From the IMG/VR virus record IMGVR_UViG_3300047548_000593: a DNA stretch of 64,000 nucleotides; one strand, given 5' to 3'. The notes under the pieces were generated by a model. It saw nothing but the letters and a program-made list of their open reading frames with translations, was not told where the DNA came from and made no database searches. Below are positions 19,954 to 28,806 of this stretch, in pieces; position 1 is the stretch's first letter; each line of letters starts with the position of its first letter. This DNA comes from an uncultured virus (IMG/VR IMGVR_UViG_3300047548_000593). Lineage: Duplodnaviria > Heunggongvirae > Uroviricota > Caudoviricetes. The position numbers and the translations under genes were made by a program.

Positions 19954-21594
19954 TTAGGCGTATGTGCCACCATCGATGTCACCCCAAACTGGAACACCAG
20001 AAGAGTTGACTTGTAGTACTTGACCGTCTGTACCAATTGAACGCTTTGATAGCGTATTTGTAGCAGAGGCGAAAATAATATCACCAGTTGAATATGTAGT
20101 AAAACCAGTACCACCGTAGCCAGAAGCAATCGCTGTACCATTCCAAGTACCTGTAGTTACTGTACCTAGGGTGGTAATTGTGTTCTGACCTGCATAGTTA
20201 GATGCAATGTCTACTGTTGGGTTACCAGAAACACCATCACCGTTTGTTACGGTAACTCTGTTAGTTGTCCCTGTTAGTGTCCGACCAGTTACTGTACCAG
20301 CACCAGTACGGGTTACTAGACCGTTTGTAGCTAGGTTATGGAAAGCTAGAGCTTGACCTGTTAGAGCTACATCGTCAGCGTTTACAGTGATACCTGTACC
20401 AGCACCTACGTTTAGTGTATTGCCAGTCTTTGTTAGACCGCTACCTGCTGTGATCTGACCAGCGCCAGAGAACTGAGCAAAGGTTAGAGGTGAAACGTCT
20501 AGGGTGATTGGAGCATCTGAAGTTAGAACCCAACCAGAGTCAGCGTTGACAGTACCCTGTTCGACGAATACGAACATACCGGGAGTTACTTCTTCGCTTG
20601 TGTTTGCGTCTGTAGCACGAGTCCATGAACCAGAAGCTACGATATAGATACCGTTTGTTGAAGCTGTACCTTGATCTTTAACTAGAACTCGGTCACCAGC
20701 GGATAGTGCAACACCGTCAACTGTTTGTGTATTGCTGAGTGTAATAGCACCAGTGGTAGCAGCCTTTACAGAAGCCTTTACATCTAGACCAGAGCGAGCA
20801 GCATCGACAGCAGTCTGAACGAATTCAGTGGTAGCAACCTGTGTAGTATTTGTACCAGCAGTTGCAGTAGGGGCAGTTGGAGTGCCAGTGAAAGCTGGGC
20901 TTGCTAGGCGAGCGATAGAGCTGTTTACAGAGACAGCACCAGAGCTTACTGTAAAATCTGTAGAGCTGAAGCTAGCTACACCCTTAGCAGATGTAGTGGC
21001 ATCTGTTGCAGAGATGGTTACTGTGTCGTTTGTTACGGCTGTTACGATTGGTGCAGTACCAGTGAAAGTAAGTGTACCACCAGTTGAGAATGAATCTGTA
21101 CCAGTGTTACCAGCGATAGTAAATGAAGAAGCTGGTGCGCTAGCCCATGATAGTTGACCAGCACCATTGGTAGTCAGGATCTGACCGTTTGTACCATCAG
21201 CTTGAGGCCAGTTTAGACCATCTAGAACTAGACTACCTGTGCCGTTAGGTGTAAGGAAGATGTTACCGTTTGTGTTTGTTGAGATGATGCTGTTGCCATC
21301 GAAATCTAGGTTATCTACCTTTAGATTGTCGATCTTTGAAGAAGCATCTGTAATGATTGCACTGTTAGCTGTTAGAACACCTTTGGTATGGTCTAGCATG
21401 TCGGTGAAGAACTTACCACCGATGACTACTCGATCTGCTGCGTTACCAGCAGTCTCTGTACCCATACCAATATATAGACGATCACCACCATTAGCACCAT
21501 TGTCTGCTAGTGCTGAATAAGCTAATTCACCCTGAGCTAGTACGTTTGGGCTACCTGCTGTTGAAGAGCGCTTAATTCTTACGATTGAAGCCAT
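19954..21594 (-). CDS. fibre/structural protein
   Basis: IKRSSTAGSP..LAQGELAYS start; SPAFTGTPTAPT repeat; GDRVLVKDQ..STNGIY domain; DGGTY end. Confidence 0.82.
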   Translation of the reverse strand: MASIVRIKRSSTAGSPNVLAQGELAYSALADNGANGGDRLYIGMGTETAGNAADRVVIGGKFFTDMLDHTKGVLTANSAIITDASSKIDNLKVDNLDFDGNSIISTNTNGNIFLTPNGTGSLVLDGLNWPQADGTNGQILTTNGAGQLSWASAPASSFTIAGNTGTDSFSTGGTLTFTGTAPIVTAVTNDTVTISATDATTSAKGVASFSSTDFTVSSGAVSVNSSIARLASPAFTGTPTAPTATAGTNTTQVATTEFVQTAVDAARSGLDVKASVKAATTGAITLSNTQTVDGVALSAGDRVLVKDQGTASTNGIYIVASGSWTRATDANTSEEVTPGMFVFVEQGTVNADSGWVLTSDAPITLDVSPLTFAQFSGAGQITAGSGLTKTGNTLNVGAGTGITVNADDVALTGQALAFHNLATNGLVTRTGAGTVTGRTLTGTTNRVTVTNGDGVSGNPTVDIASNYAGQNTITTLGTVTTGTWNGTAIASGYGGTGFTTYSTGDIIFASATNTLSKRSIGTDGQVLQVNSSGVPVWGDIDGGTYA

Positions 21595-21608
21595 AATTTA
21601 TCCTTGAT

Positions 21609-21893
21609 TTAATAGTGACCTGAGTCAACGAACTGATTTTCGAGTGTCCTTGTCGCTACCCATTTTTCAACGTTGGTTGAGTAAACTAAAACACTACCAT
21701 TTGTTGCTGAAGATGCGTCTACATCGTCAGCTTGACTGATTCTTGTTACGCCGGTAGCTCCTTGTGGCCCCGGTTCATTTTCTGAGACAATAACTTGTGG
21801 TGTATCGTCAGTTACCAAAATAACCGAAGGCTCTGTACTCTCGTCTACGACAATTACTTGGACTTCGGTTGTGCTGCAAGTTGTTTCGATCAT
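21609..21893 (-). CDS. small virion-associated protein
   Basis: GPQGATG and DDVD...NGSVLVY...KW motifs typical of fibre-linked proteins. Confidence 0.6.
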   Translation of the reverse strand: MIETTCSTTEVQVIVVDESTEPSVILVTDDTPQVIVSENEPGPQGATGVTRISQADDVDASSATNGSVLVYSTNVEKWVATRTLENQFVDSGHY

Positions 21894-21902
21894 ATTAACT
21901 CC

Positions 21903-22262
21903 TTATCGAGTAACTTCAGGGATCGCAGAGAAACATCCTTGTAGAATTCTGTAGACTGGATTTCCAGTTGGGTATACAATCTCTAGATCGTACACTGCAC
22001 TATTGAAAGCATAAGCAGCAGACTGAGCAGCAGGGATATCAATTCTGATTCTACCTTCTGCTGCATTATAAATAGTAAGTTTACCATTTTCAGTTGTCAG
22101 AGTGTCAAGGACTTCTGCATCATTAACTCTCCGACGAACCTGCATTCTAGCTGTGCAACCAGTCAGATCGACGGGTACTGCTGGTGATCCTGTCTTCCAT
22201 TGAATTAGCTTAGAGTATGTTGATCCCTTATATACAGTTAAATCTAAATTTGCTGGTTGCAT
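21903..22262 (-). CDS. fibre-attachment beta-sandwich protein (LtfC/BppU-like)
   Basis: PVDLTGCTARMQVR...AVYDLEI...RILQG...PEVTR motif. Confidence 0.7.
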   Translation of the reverse strand: MQPANLDLTVYKGSTYSKLIQWKTGSPAVPVDLTGCTARMQVRRRVNDAEVLDTLTTENGKLTIYNAAEGRIRIDIPAAQSAAYAFNSAVYDLEIVYPTGNPVYRILQGCFSAIPEVTR

Positions 22263-22271
22263 AGTAACCTC

Positions 22272-22505
22272 TTACTCTTTGTCTGCTGGAAGGTATTTAG
22301 CCTTCATAATGTCTTCAACAGACTTCTTAACCTTGTCCTTCTTGAAGGACTCTTCTGCATTCTTCATAGCAGCTAGAGAAGCAATCCGAGCCTTCTCTTC
22401 AGAACCAGTATCTTTCATGGTCTGATTGAATACTTCAATAGCTACTCTTTGGACAGCTTCAGATTTCTTTGATGCCCATGTTGGCACATTTTTCATTGAA
22501 TACAT
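22272..22505 (-). CDS. ChaB-like protein
   Basis: YSMKNVP...AVQRVAIEVFN...SEEKARIASLAAMK resembles the ChaB fold. Confidence 0.55.
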   Translation of the reverse strand: MYSMKNVPTWASKKSEAVQRVAIEVFNQTMKDTGSEEKARIASLAAMKNAEESFKKDKVKKSVEDIMKAKYLPADKE

Positions 22506-22506
22506 A

Positions 22507-23991
22507 TTAGCCTGCGTTCTCTAGGTTATTACTTGAAGTGTCAGCTCCGGTTACGCTAGTCGCTGTACCATTGCCAGTTGTGCCGATAGCCATACCGTCA
22601 CCAGATCTTGAAGTCATACCGGGACGTAATTCATCTTGAGGTTCCATGTCTAAGGGTAGAGCATCTACGCCTACAGATTCACGAACCTTGTTCAGAACAG
22701 CTCTATCTACTTCTAGGACAGATGTACTAGCGAAGCGCTGGATAGCCTTGCTGAATGATTCTAGATCATCGGACTGAATGTTGTCGTAATCGATTTCGCC
22801 CATCCGGGTAGTATCCCAACCGTTAAGCTCATATGTCTGTCTAATCAGATCGTTATTGATTACTTCTTTGATCTTTTTTAGGACAGCTTCTGCTGCACTG
22901 CCAGATAGAGAATTCTTGATCTGACCAAGAGCAAACGAACCGCTTCCAGCTTGTCCCATAACAAGCACATCAGCAAATAGAGAAGTAAGGATCAGGTTCT
23001 TGTAGTATTCTTTGATCTTACTTGTGTCCATTGCTTTATTACCGGCTAGGCTAAGTAGCTCTAAGCTGAATAAAGGCTGTCTTGTATCTGGATCAAATGC
23101 TTGAGGTAGAATCAGAGCAGATTGTTGATTCATCTGCAAGTTTCTCATCATGTTCTCGTAGTAAGCGCGAATAGCTTTCTGCTCAGGAGAAGCATCTGAA
23201 GAGAGATACTGAGGCGGTAGCTTTAGCACAGGAAGACCAACTAGATCTTTAGCAGCACCGTTGGCTTCAATCTCTTCGATTACAGTTAAGAATCTCCAAG
23301 CTAGGTAGGCATCACGAAGCGCAGACTTACCGAAAGGATCTCCACTATGACGACCAGCACGGAAAAGCATTACCTTGCTCTTTGGTAGCACAATCTCTTT
23401 GTTCAACCGAGCAGCGTACCGATTGTATAGGTCATTGACAGCAGTCAGATTCTGCTTTACACCTAGAATCTCGTTGCCATCTTCTGAGAAGATAAACTTC
23501 TCGATAGTCTCTTGGTTTCTGATCGGAAGTTTTTTCCAACCAATCAAACCGTCATTGAACTTAGAGCCATTAGCCTTTAGGCGACGACGATAGACTTTTT
23601 CATGCACAGAGAAGCCATAAACCATGCAGCTAAGAGCGTCACTGATGAAGTCAGACCAAGTTTGATCTTCTAGATCTTGCATCATTTCATTAATGATCTT
23701 TGCTTGGCGCTTTTCTTCTTCTGTAGCATCCTTTGGGGCTTTGAAGCTCCAATCAGCCTTGCTTACTAGATTCTCAAACAGAGTTAGAGCAGCATTGATT
23801 GTACTATGATAGCTCATCTGTTTGTAGGTCTTTACAGCATAAGGAAAGTTTAGTTCCTTCTTGAGTTCTGACTGAGAAACACCATCCCAAATATTCAGAC
23901 CTAGATAACCAGCTTCGCTTAACTTAAATCGTTCAGGTTGGTCGTTATATAGAGCCTTGTCAACAGGCTTTAAGTTAGTTCTTTTCGCCAT
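22507..23991 (-). CDS. portal protein
   Basis: 494 aa after TerL; YGFSVHEKVY, PFGKSALRDAYLAW and GSFALG motifs. Confidence 0.92.
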   Translation of the reverse strand: MAKRTNLKPVDKALYNDQPERFKLSEAGYLGLNIWDGVSQSELKKELNFPYAVKTYKQMSYHSTINAALTLFENLVSKADWSFKAPKDATEEEKRQAKIINEMMQDLEDQTWSDFISDALSCMVYGFSVHEKVYRRRLKANGSKFNDGLIGWKKLPIRNQETIEKFIFSEDGNEILGVKQNLTAVNDLYNRYAARLNKEIVLPKSKVMLFRAGRHSGDPFGKSALRDAYLAWRFLTVIEEIEANGAAKDLVGLPVLKLPPQYLSSDASPEQKAIRAYYENMMRNLQMNQQSALILPQAFDPDTRQPLFSLELLSLAGNKAMDTSKIKEYYKNLILTSLFADVLVMGQAGSGSFALGQIKNSLSGSAAEAVLKKIKEVINNDLIRQTYELNGWDTTRMGEIDYDNIQSDDLESFSKAIQRFASTSVLEVDRAVLNKVRESVGVDALPLDMEPQDELRPGMTSRSGDGMAIGTTGNGTATSVTGADTSSNNLENAG

Positions 23992-24016
23992 TCAAGGCTC
24001 CTTTATCAAATTAGTA

Positions 24017-25483
24017 TCAAATTGAAATACTAGCAAACGAAGGCATACTGATATTTGACGAAGTAATCGAATCAAAAGGATTTGATCCTGTCAAATCAGG
24101 TAACAGCATATCAGGTATACTTAGATCCTTATTTAGATGCAAGAAAGCATCAGAGCAAGTATCTACCATATCGTCTTTATTCTTTCTGCTTCCATCAAAG
24201 ATTTCAAGCTCTTCGAAGAAAGCCTTATTCCAATCTGCAATTACAACCTTTACGAATCCAGCCTGAGCTGCACTAGAGAAAGGAGCAAAGCGAATAATCT
24301 TTGACTTAACGGGTTTACTCAGCTTTACGCTAAAACCCATCTCAGCTAGTTTTCTCTGTAAATCCTTGGCATAAGCACCAGCAGCAGCCGCAGGGTCAAG
24401 AGGAATCGAGATTACTACGTCCTGACCATCTCTAAGGGCTGTCTGAAATACTAACTGCTCTACTGCATGAACTCTGTCTCGGATTGACACTACATCTTCA
24501 ACTGTGTAGATATTGTCTTTGTCTTTCGAGATAAGAGTCCCACGAGTCCAGTCAGGATTATTATTTTGCTCAGAAGGCTTTGTAAAAGCAAAGTCCCAAG
24601 CTCTGATTCTCTTACCAGCTCTTGCATTCGCATAGGGCACCATCTCAACCCATTCTCTCTTGAATAAGCCAGCAGCTTCCTGCCTAGCATACCAAGACCC
24701 CAGTAGAAGTCTTTCCATCTCAACTCTAGGCAGAGCTTTTAGCTTTGATACGTAGGTTGGATCAGCCTTCATCAGAGGCGGGTTGTCAAAAATTGTTCCG
24801 GGAATAAACTTGAATGACAAGATCCCAGCAGAATCGCTTGTACCGTAAATCTCTTCTAGTTCTTCTCTCTTGTCTGCCCAGTGCAGTCTTCCACCTTCGA
24901 TCTGCACAAAGTATCGAGTAGGGTAAATTTCTTTTCGGATTGGAATGCCTCGTTCGTCAAGCGCAAACTCTACCCAGTGCCTAATAAAGCTGTCATAGTC
25001 TGGGTTGCCAGTAGCTACAACTTGCTTCTTATAGTCAACTGTTGTAGAACGTAGACGAGATAGCATGTAGATTACGTTGTCTTCAGATAGTTGCTGAATT
25101 TCATCAAAACCAATAAAGGTTAGTTCAGCACCTTGGAAGTTGTATTTGTCTGCTGGTGTATCTAGATAGGCAAACTTTAGAGTAGCCCCAGAGCTGAAAA
25201 TCAGCTCAAGCTCTCTGTTGCGAATCTTTAACTTAGGGTCTACCTTTTTGAAGAGGTTTACCGCAGAGTCAAATAGACCACCGGGGTTTGAGATTTGCTT
25301 GGTTGTCTTGCGAAAGATAACACCTCTAGTTCTAGGGTGATGGCAAAACTTTAAAAAAGATCCAAGCAAACAATGCGACTTACCTGCTCCAGCAGCACCA
25401 CCATAGAAGGTAATATCGGCTTGACTATTCAAAAATTGTTCTTGAGCTTTAGATGCTGGAGCAAATACGATGTTTGAACTCAT
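24017..25483 (-). CDS. terL: terminase large subunit
   Basis: Walker A YGGAAGAGKS, Walker B IGFDE, ATGNP, nuclease RAWDFA and DDMVD. Confidence 0.95.
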   Translation of the reverse strand: MSSNIVFAPASKAQEQFLNSQADITFYGGAAGAGKSHCLLGSFLKFCHHPRTRGVIFRKTTKQISNPGGLFDSAVNLFKKVDPKLKIRNRELELIFSSGATLKFAYLDTPADKYNFQGAELTFIGFDEIQQLSEDNVIYMLSRLRSTTVDYKKQVVATGNPDYDSFIRHWVEFALDERGIPIRKEIYPTRYFVQIEGGRLHWADKREELEEIYGTSDSAGILSFKFIPGTIFDNPPLMKADPTYVSKLKALPRVEMERLLLGSWYARQEAAGLFKREWVEMVPYANARAGKRIRAWDFAFTKPSEQNNNPDWTRGTLISKDKDNIYTVEDVVSIRDRVHAVEQLVFQTALRDGQDVVISIPLDPAAAAGAYAKDLQRKLAEMGFSVKLSKPVKSKIIRFAPFSSAAQAGFVKVVIADWNKAFFEELEIFDGSRKNKDDMVDTCSDAFLHLNKDLSIPDMLLPDLTGSNPFDSITSSNISMPSFASISI

Positions 25484-25504
25484 AATTTACTCCTTCTTTG
25501 TAAG

Positions 25505-25858
25505 TTACGCAGGGTCATCTCCATTAACGACCTTTAGAGAAAACACAGGGGCGTTTTGTTGTTGGATTTCTGTACCCTCTTCATTTTCCTTGTCTTCTCC
25601 TTCATATACATCTAGAACCAGTCTGCGGTAGTTGTCTAGAAGGATAGTAGCTGCTTTTAGTTGGTTCTGGTGAGCAGCCTTTTCGTCTCCCATAATCAGA
25701 ACAGCAGCATTGATAGCTTCAGCTACATGAGGCTTAATCTTACGCAGGAGCATAATTAGCTCTCGCTCTTTTAGCTCTCTGTTTGTAGGCTTCTCTTTAC
25801 GATCTTCGTTACGAGGTCTGCCTTTACGATTGATCCGTGGATCGTCTTTCTTGAACAT
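25505..25858 (-). CDS. terS: terminase small subunit (probable)
   Basis: FKKDDPRINRKGRP N-terminal motif; directly upstream of terL. Confidence 0.65.
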   Translation of the reverse strand: MFKKDDPRINRKGRPRNEDRKEKPTNRELKERELIMLLRKIKPHVAEAINAAVLIMGDEKAAHQNQLKAATILLDNYRRLVLDVYEGEDKENEEGTEIQQQNAPVFSLKVVNGDDPA

Positions 25859-25900
25859 ATAATCTCCTTAGATAGGAGAAATCTCTCCTTGTGTTCTTTG

Positions 25901-25988
25901 TGGTGGGTGCTCTTGGAGTCGAACCAAGTATACCCCGAAGGGTGACGGATTTACAGTCCGTTGCAGTCGCCAATGCTGCTCAACACCC
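25901..25988 (-). tRNA. tRNA-Tyr(GTA)
   Basis: Cloverleaf, CTGTAAA loop, long variable arm, TTCGA T-loop, encoded CCA. Confidence 0.92.
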
Positions 25989-26023
25989 AAAGCCTGATGC
26001 TTATAGCAGAGCAGGGATATCTA

Positions 26024-26094
26024 TGGTAGCGGAGGAAGGACTTGAACCTTCTGACCCGAGCTTATGAGACTGAGTGATACCCTGAATCCCCGCT
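26024..26094 (-). tRNA. atypical tRNA with CAT anticodon and truncated D-arm
   Basis: Acceptor AGCGGGG/CTCCGCT-A-CCA and T-arm GAAGG-TTCAAGT-CCTTC; only 14 nt in the D region. Confidence 0.6.
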
Positions 26095-26099
26095 GTTAG

Positions 26100-26300
26100 T
26101 AAAATTAGTGAAATTAGTGACCATCCTTTATTTCACTATGCGATGGTCTTCATAGGACGCCTGCTGCGTGACGACAACGCTCCCAAGGTAGCAGGATCGT
26201 GATGTTAGTACCTGTGAATATTTAACCAGCCTTCGCAGGCATGCTGGTTCCCATCCCGAGTGGGTGTCTTTATTATGTATATGGAGGATAATAAAGTTCG
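26100..26300 (-). ncRNA. candidate structured RNA between tRNAs
   Basis: Four hairpins and an H-type pseudoknot (see findings). Confidence 0.4.
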
Positions 26301-26321
26301 GTTAGCTAAAATAGCTAAATT

Positions 26322-26398
26322 TGGTAGCCCCATCGGGATTCGAACCCGACTTTCCTGCGTGAAAGGCAGGTGTCCTGAACCTACTAGACGAAAGGGCC
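26322..26398 (-). tRNA. tRNA-Glu(TTC)
   Basis: Cloverleaf, CTTTCAC loop, GGTTCGAATCC, CCA. Confidence 0.92.
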
Positions 26399-26421
26399 AT
26401 AGTTTTTTGATGTATAGAATG

Positions 26422-26497
26422 TGGCGCTGGATGAAGGATTTGAACCATCGACCTACCGCTTACAAGGCGGTTGCTCTACCAACTGAGCTAAACCAGC
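26422..26497 (-). tRNA. tRNA-Thr(TGT)
   Basis: TAGCTCAGTTGGTAGAGC D-arm, CTTGTAA loop, CCA; one T-T mismatch in each of the acceptor and T stems. Confidence 0.88.
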
Positions 26498-26502
26498 TAT
26501 TG

Positions 26503-26709
26503 TCAAATAGAGTCTCTTACGTCCATCTCAGGGTCATCTCTATCTTCATAGAAGACAGGCTGAGTCTTTCCTGTAGGGTTCTTCAAGATCTCTAGATCAA
26601 GCTCTGTCTCTTGATCAATGTCTAGGATAACAGCACTGCAATTGTCGCATTCATTGGTGCGGTTGAAATGGTGCTGCTTAAAATACTGATTACAAATAAT
26701 GCACTTCAT
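26503..26709 (-). CDS. small zinc-finger protein
   Basis: CxxC...CxxC motif. Confidence 0.6.
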   Translation of the reverse strand: MKCIICNQYFKQHHFNRTNECDNCSAVILDIDQETELDLEILKNPTGKTQPVFYEDRDDPEMDVRDSI

Positions 26710-26729
26710 GCTTTTTATTCTTGGTTGTT

Positions 26730-26990
26730 AGTTGATCCCTCGTTTACTCGGCTTACCGTAGGCAACCCTCACTTAATCGGTCTTCCTGCGGAATCCCTCG
26801 CGGGGTAGGTTACGGCTCCTACCTTGTGCGAAGCAGAACTGAAAGGAGTCGAAAGTATCCTGCGACCACAAGCGGTTAGTATCGTTACAGGGTCTAGGCT
26901 GTTTAAATGTCTAGTAGGTTCCCTGCTCTTAATACAGAGATTTGCTAGAACTTTTGGCCAAGATTTATAACGAATTCTATCTTATCTTAT
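26730..26990 (-). ncRNA. candidate structured leader or ncRNA
   Basis: About 270 nt non-coding, downstream of a consensus promoter, with several stems including CCC-GCGA-GGG. Confidence 0.4.
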
Positions 26991-27002
26991 TATGTAGATT
27001 CA

Positions 27003-27031
27003 ATTATAGCATACGTTTGTTGGTTTTTCAA
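27003..27031 (-). promoter_or_regulatory. sigma70-like promoter for tRNA/packaging operon
   Basis: TTGAAA-17-TATAAT with extended TG. Confidence 0.78.
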
Positions 27032-27062
27032 GAGGAATTTGAAGAAAATTTTAATTTCTTTG

Positions 27063-27560
27063 TTAGTCGAACACGCAGTACTTGGCTAACACCTTAGCGT
27101 ACTTGAGCTGCAACTTAGTAAAGAGCCTCTTGGCTACCACTACATCTTGCACAACAAGCACTCTATCCTTTCCATCTTCTCTCCAAGTCAAAACATAAGA
27201 GAATACGTCTTGGCTGTGAGGAAGCATTTTGAGTTGCCCATCTAGATTTCTCTTTGCTTCTTTAATCTTATTATAAATCTTTCTGGATATTACCCTGAGA
27301 TTCTTTAATCGATTATCTGAAGTATCTAGATTTAGGTGCAATATAGTTTTATCCTTTTGGAGTTTTAATCCCCAACCAATTTCTACAGCTACTTTATCGG
27401 CTTTTAATTTGTATTTCTTTTTATTATTAAAGAAAGTCAAATATCCTTCTTCGTCTGGAAATATCTGTCTGGATATTCTCCCTGCCTTAATCAAAAAGAA
27501 TTTACCCTCGGCTGGAGAATAAGAGATTAAATTAGATAGGGTATTATTATCTGAGTTCAA
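27063..27560 (-). CDS. HNH endonuclease-like protein
   Basis: ILHLNLDTSDNRLKNLRVI motif; probable TTG start at 27560 after RBS AAGGAG. Confidence 0.7.
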   Translation of the reverse strand: MNSDNNTLSNLISYSPAEGKFFLIKAGRISRQIFPDEEGYLTFFNNKKKYKLKADKVAVEIGWGLKLQKDKTILHLNLDTSDNRLKNLRVISRKIYNKIKEAKRNLDGQLKMLPHSQDVFSYVLTWREDGKDRVLVVQDVVVAKRLFTKLQLKYAKVLAKYCVFD

Positions 27561-28285
27561 AATATCTCCTTTATATATGGTTATAACCGTCTGGCTAATA
27601 TCGAGGTGTTGCGGTAGCAACGCCGGGGCGAGGACTTACCGTATTGCCTGCAAGATTGAGAGAATTGTGTCAAAAAACTACAAACCGATTTAAACGAGCT
27701 ACAAGCGCTTGAAGACCCTTCAGGCTACCCATGCCTTACTTGACCCCTAAAGTCGTCTCCTAGAGCGTTCTAAGGGCTTTCCTGAAGGTTTTAAACAAGC
27801 GTTTGAGGTGACGTTGCCAGAATTCTTGTACTTCAAGCACAACAAACGGTCTTAGCTAGGATTGTGTTGTAAAAAAGCAACACTAGGTTTTTTTGATAAA
27901 AGCACAACAAATATTTTAGCACAACAAAATATTCTCTATACTTTAGGTAATAACCTTCGGTATATCCTTGTAGGTTATCTTAAATTATTTACCTAAATAA
28001 TCTAAATACAACTGAAGTGAAGGTATTATAGGTTAATAGCTAATATATCAATATTCTTTTTATTAGACAAACTTGCTTACTTGTAAATAGCTATTGGATA
28101 TAAACACTAGGTATAACCATTAGGTAAATACTTCTGTTAAGAAGTTTAAGTAATAGCTTTATGTAGTAGGTATATCTAATAGTCTCCTTGCTTACTTGTT
28201 ATTGCTAATAGTTATATCTTCTGGTAACTAACCCTGTGTAGAATCCATTGGTTATAACCTATAGTATATAACTTATAGTATTACT

Positions 28286-28314
28286 AGGGTAGCACACTTT
28301 TGGCTGTTTGTCAA
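28286..28314 (-). promoter_or_regulatory. leftward promoter of a divergent pair
   Basis: TTGACA-17-TACCCT with extended TG. Confidence 0.6.
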
Positions 28315-28369
28315 GTAGTCTAGGAAAAATATTTGTTAGGTACTTTTGCTTAAATTTTAAGCAGATTGC

Positions 28370-28398
28370 TTGACTTATCCTGTCTGGAGTGCTATAAT
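28370..28398 (+). promoter_or_regulatory. rightward promoter for PhoH/ClpP operon
   Basis: TTGACT-17-TATAAT with extended TG. Confidence 0.8.
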
Positions 28399-28453
28399 TG
28401 CCTTATGAGCAATGCTATAATTGCCTTATCTTAATTGAAACAAGGAGATTGTT

Positions 28454-28759
28454 ATGGAAATTAAACGAATTGAAACATACAGCTTATTTGAATTCTGTCA
28501 GCAAATTCAGGAAGCTATTATCGAAGGTTGGAGATTTGATTTTGAAAATAATGAAAATTTCCCTATTGCTTATGGTACTATGGTTACTGCTGGAATGCTT
28601 AATGTAAATGACCCTTTATATAATCAACAAAAAGAAAAAGAGATTATTAAAGAAGTCATTATCTCTACAGATATTTCAGAAGAAACTCAAGAGGTATTAA
28701 AAGAAGTTCAAGAGCTAAACGAAGCTGTTGAGAAACTAACCAAGAAAGCTAAGAAGTAA
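28454..28759 (+). CDS. hypothetical protein
   Basis: RBS AAGGAG; first gene of the operon. Confidence 0.75.
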   Translation: MEIKRIETYSLFEFCQQIQEAIIEGWRFDFENNENFPIAYGTMVTAGMLNVNDPLYNQQKEKEIIKEVIISTDISEETQEVLKEVQELNEAVEKLTKKAKK

Positions 28760-28806
28760 ATAGCTTCTGGATTTAGGTTCTAGTATAAAGTAGTAAAGGA
28801 GTAAAT

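Noticed and set aside
473..21594. Diversity-generating retroelement suggested by Mtd-N-like fibre starts
   Set aside because: No reverse transcriptase or TR/VR repeat pair was seen in the window.
2687..24723. Many antisense or nested ORFs within structural genes
   Set aside because: Shadow frames of codon-biased genes, lacking RBSs or motifs.
916..25858. Stop-codon recoding suggested by abundant CTAG/TAG
   Set aside because: Long genes are intact in the standard code; CTAG comes from frequent CTA and GCT-AG codon contexts, and no suppressor tRNA is present.
26260..26595. 111-aa plus-strand ORF, and likewise 59876-60283 on the minus strand
   Set aside because: Antisense shadows of tRNA genes.
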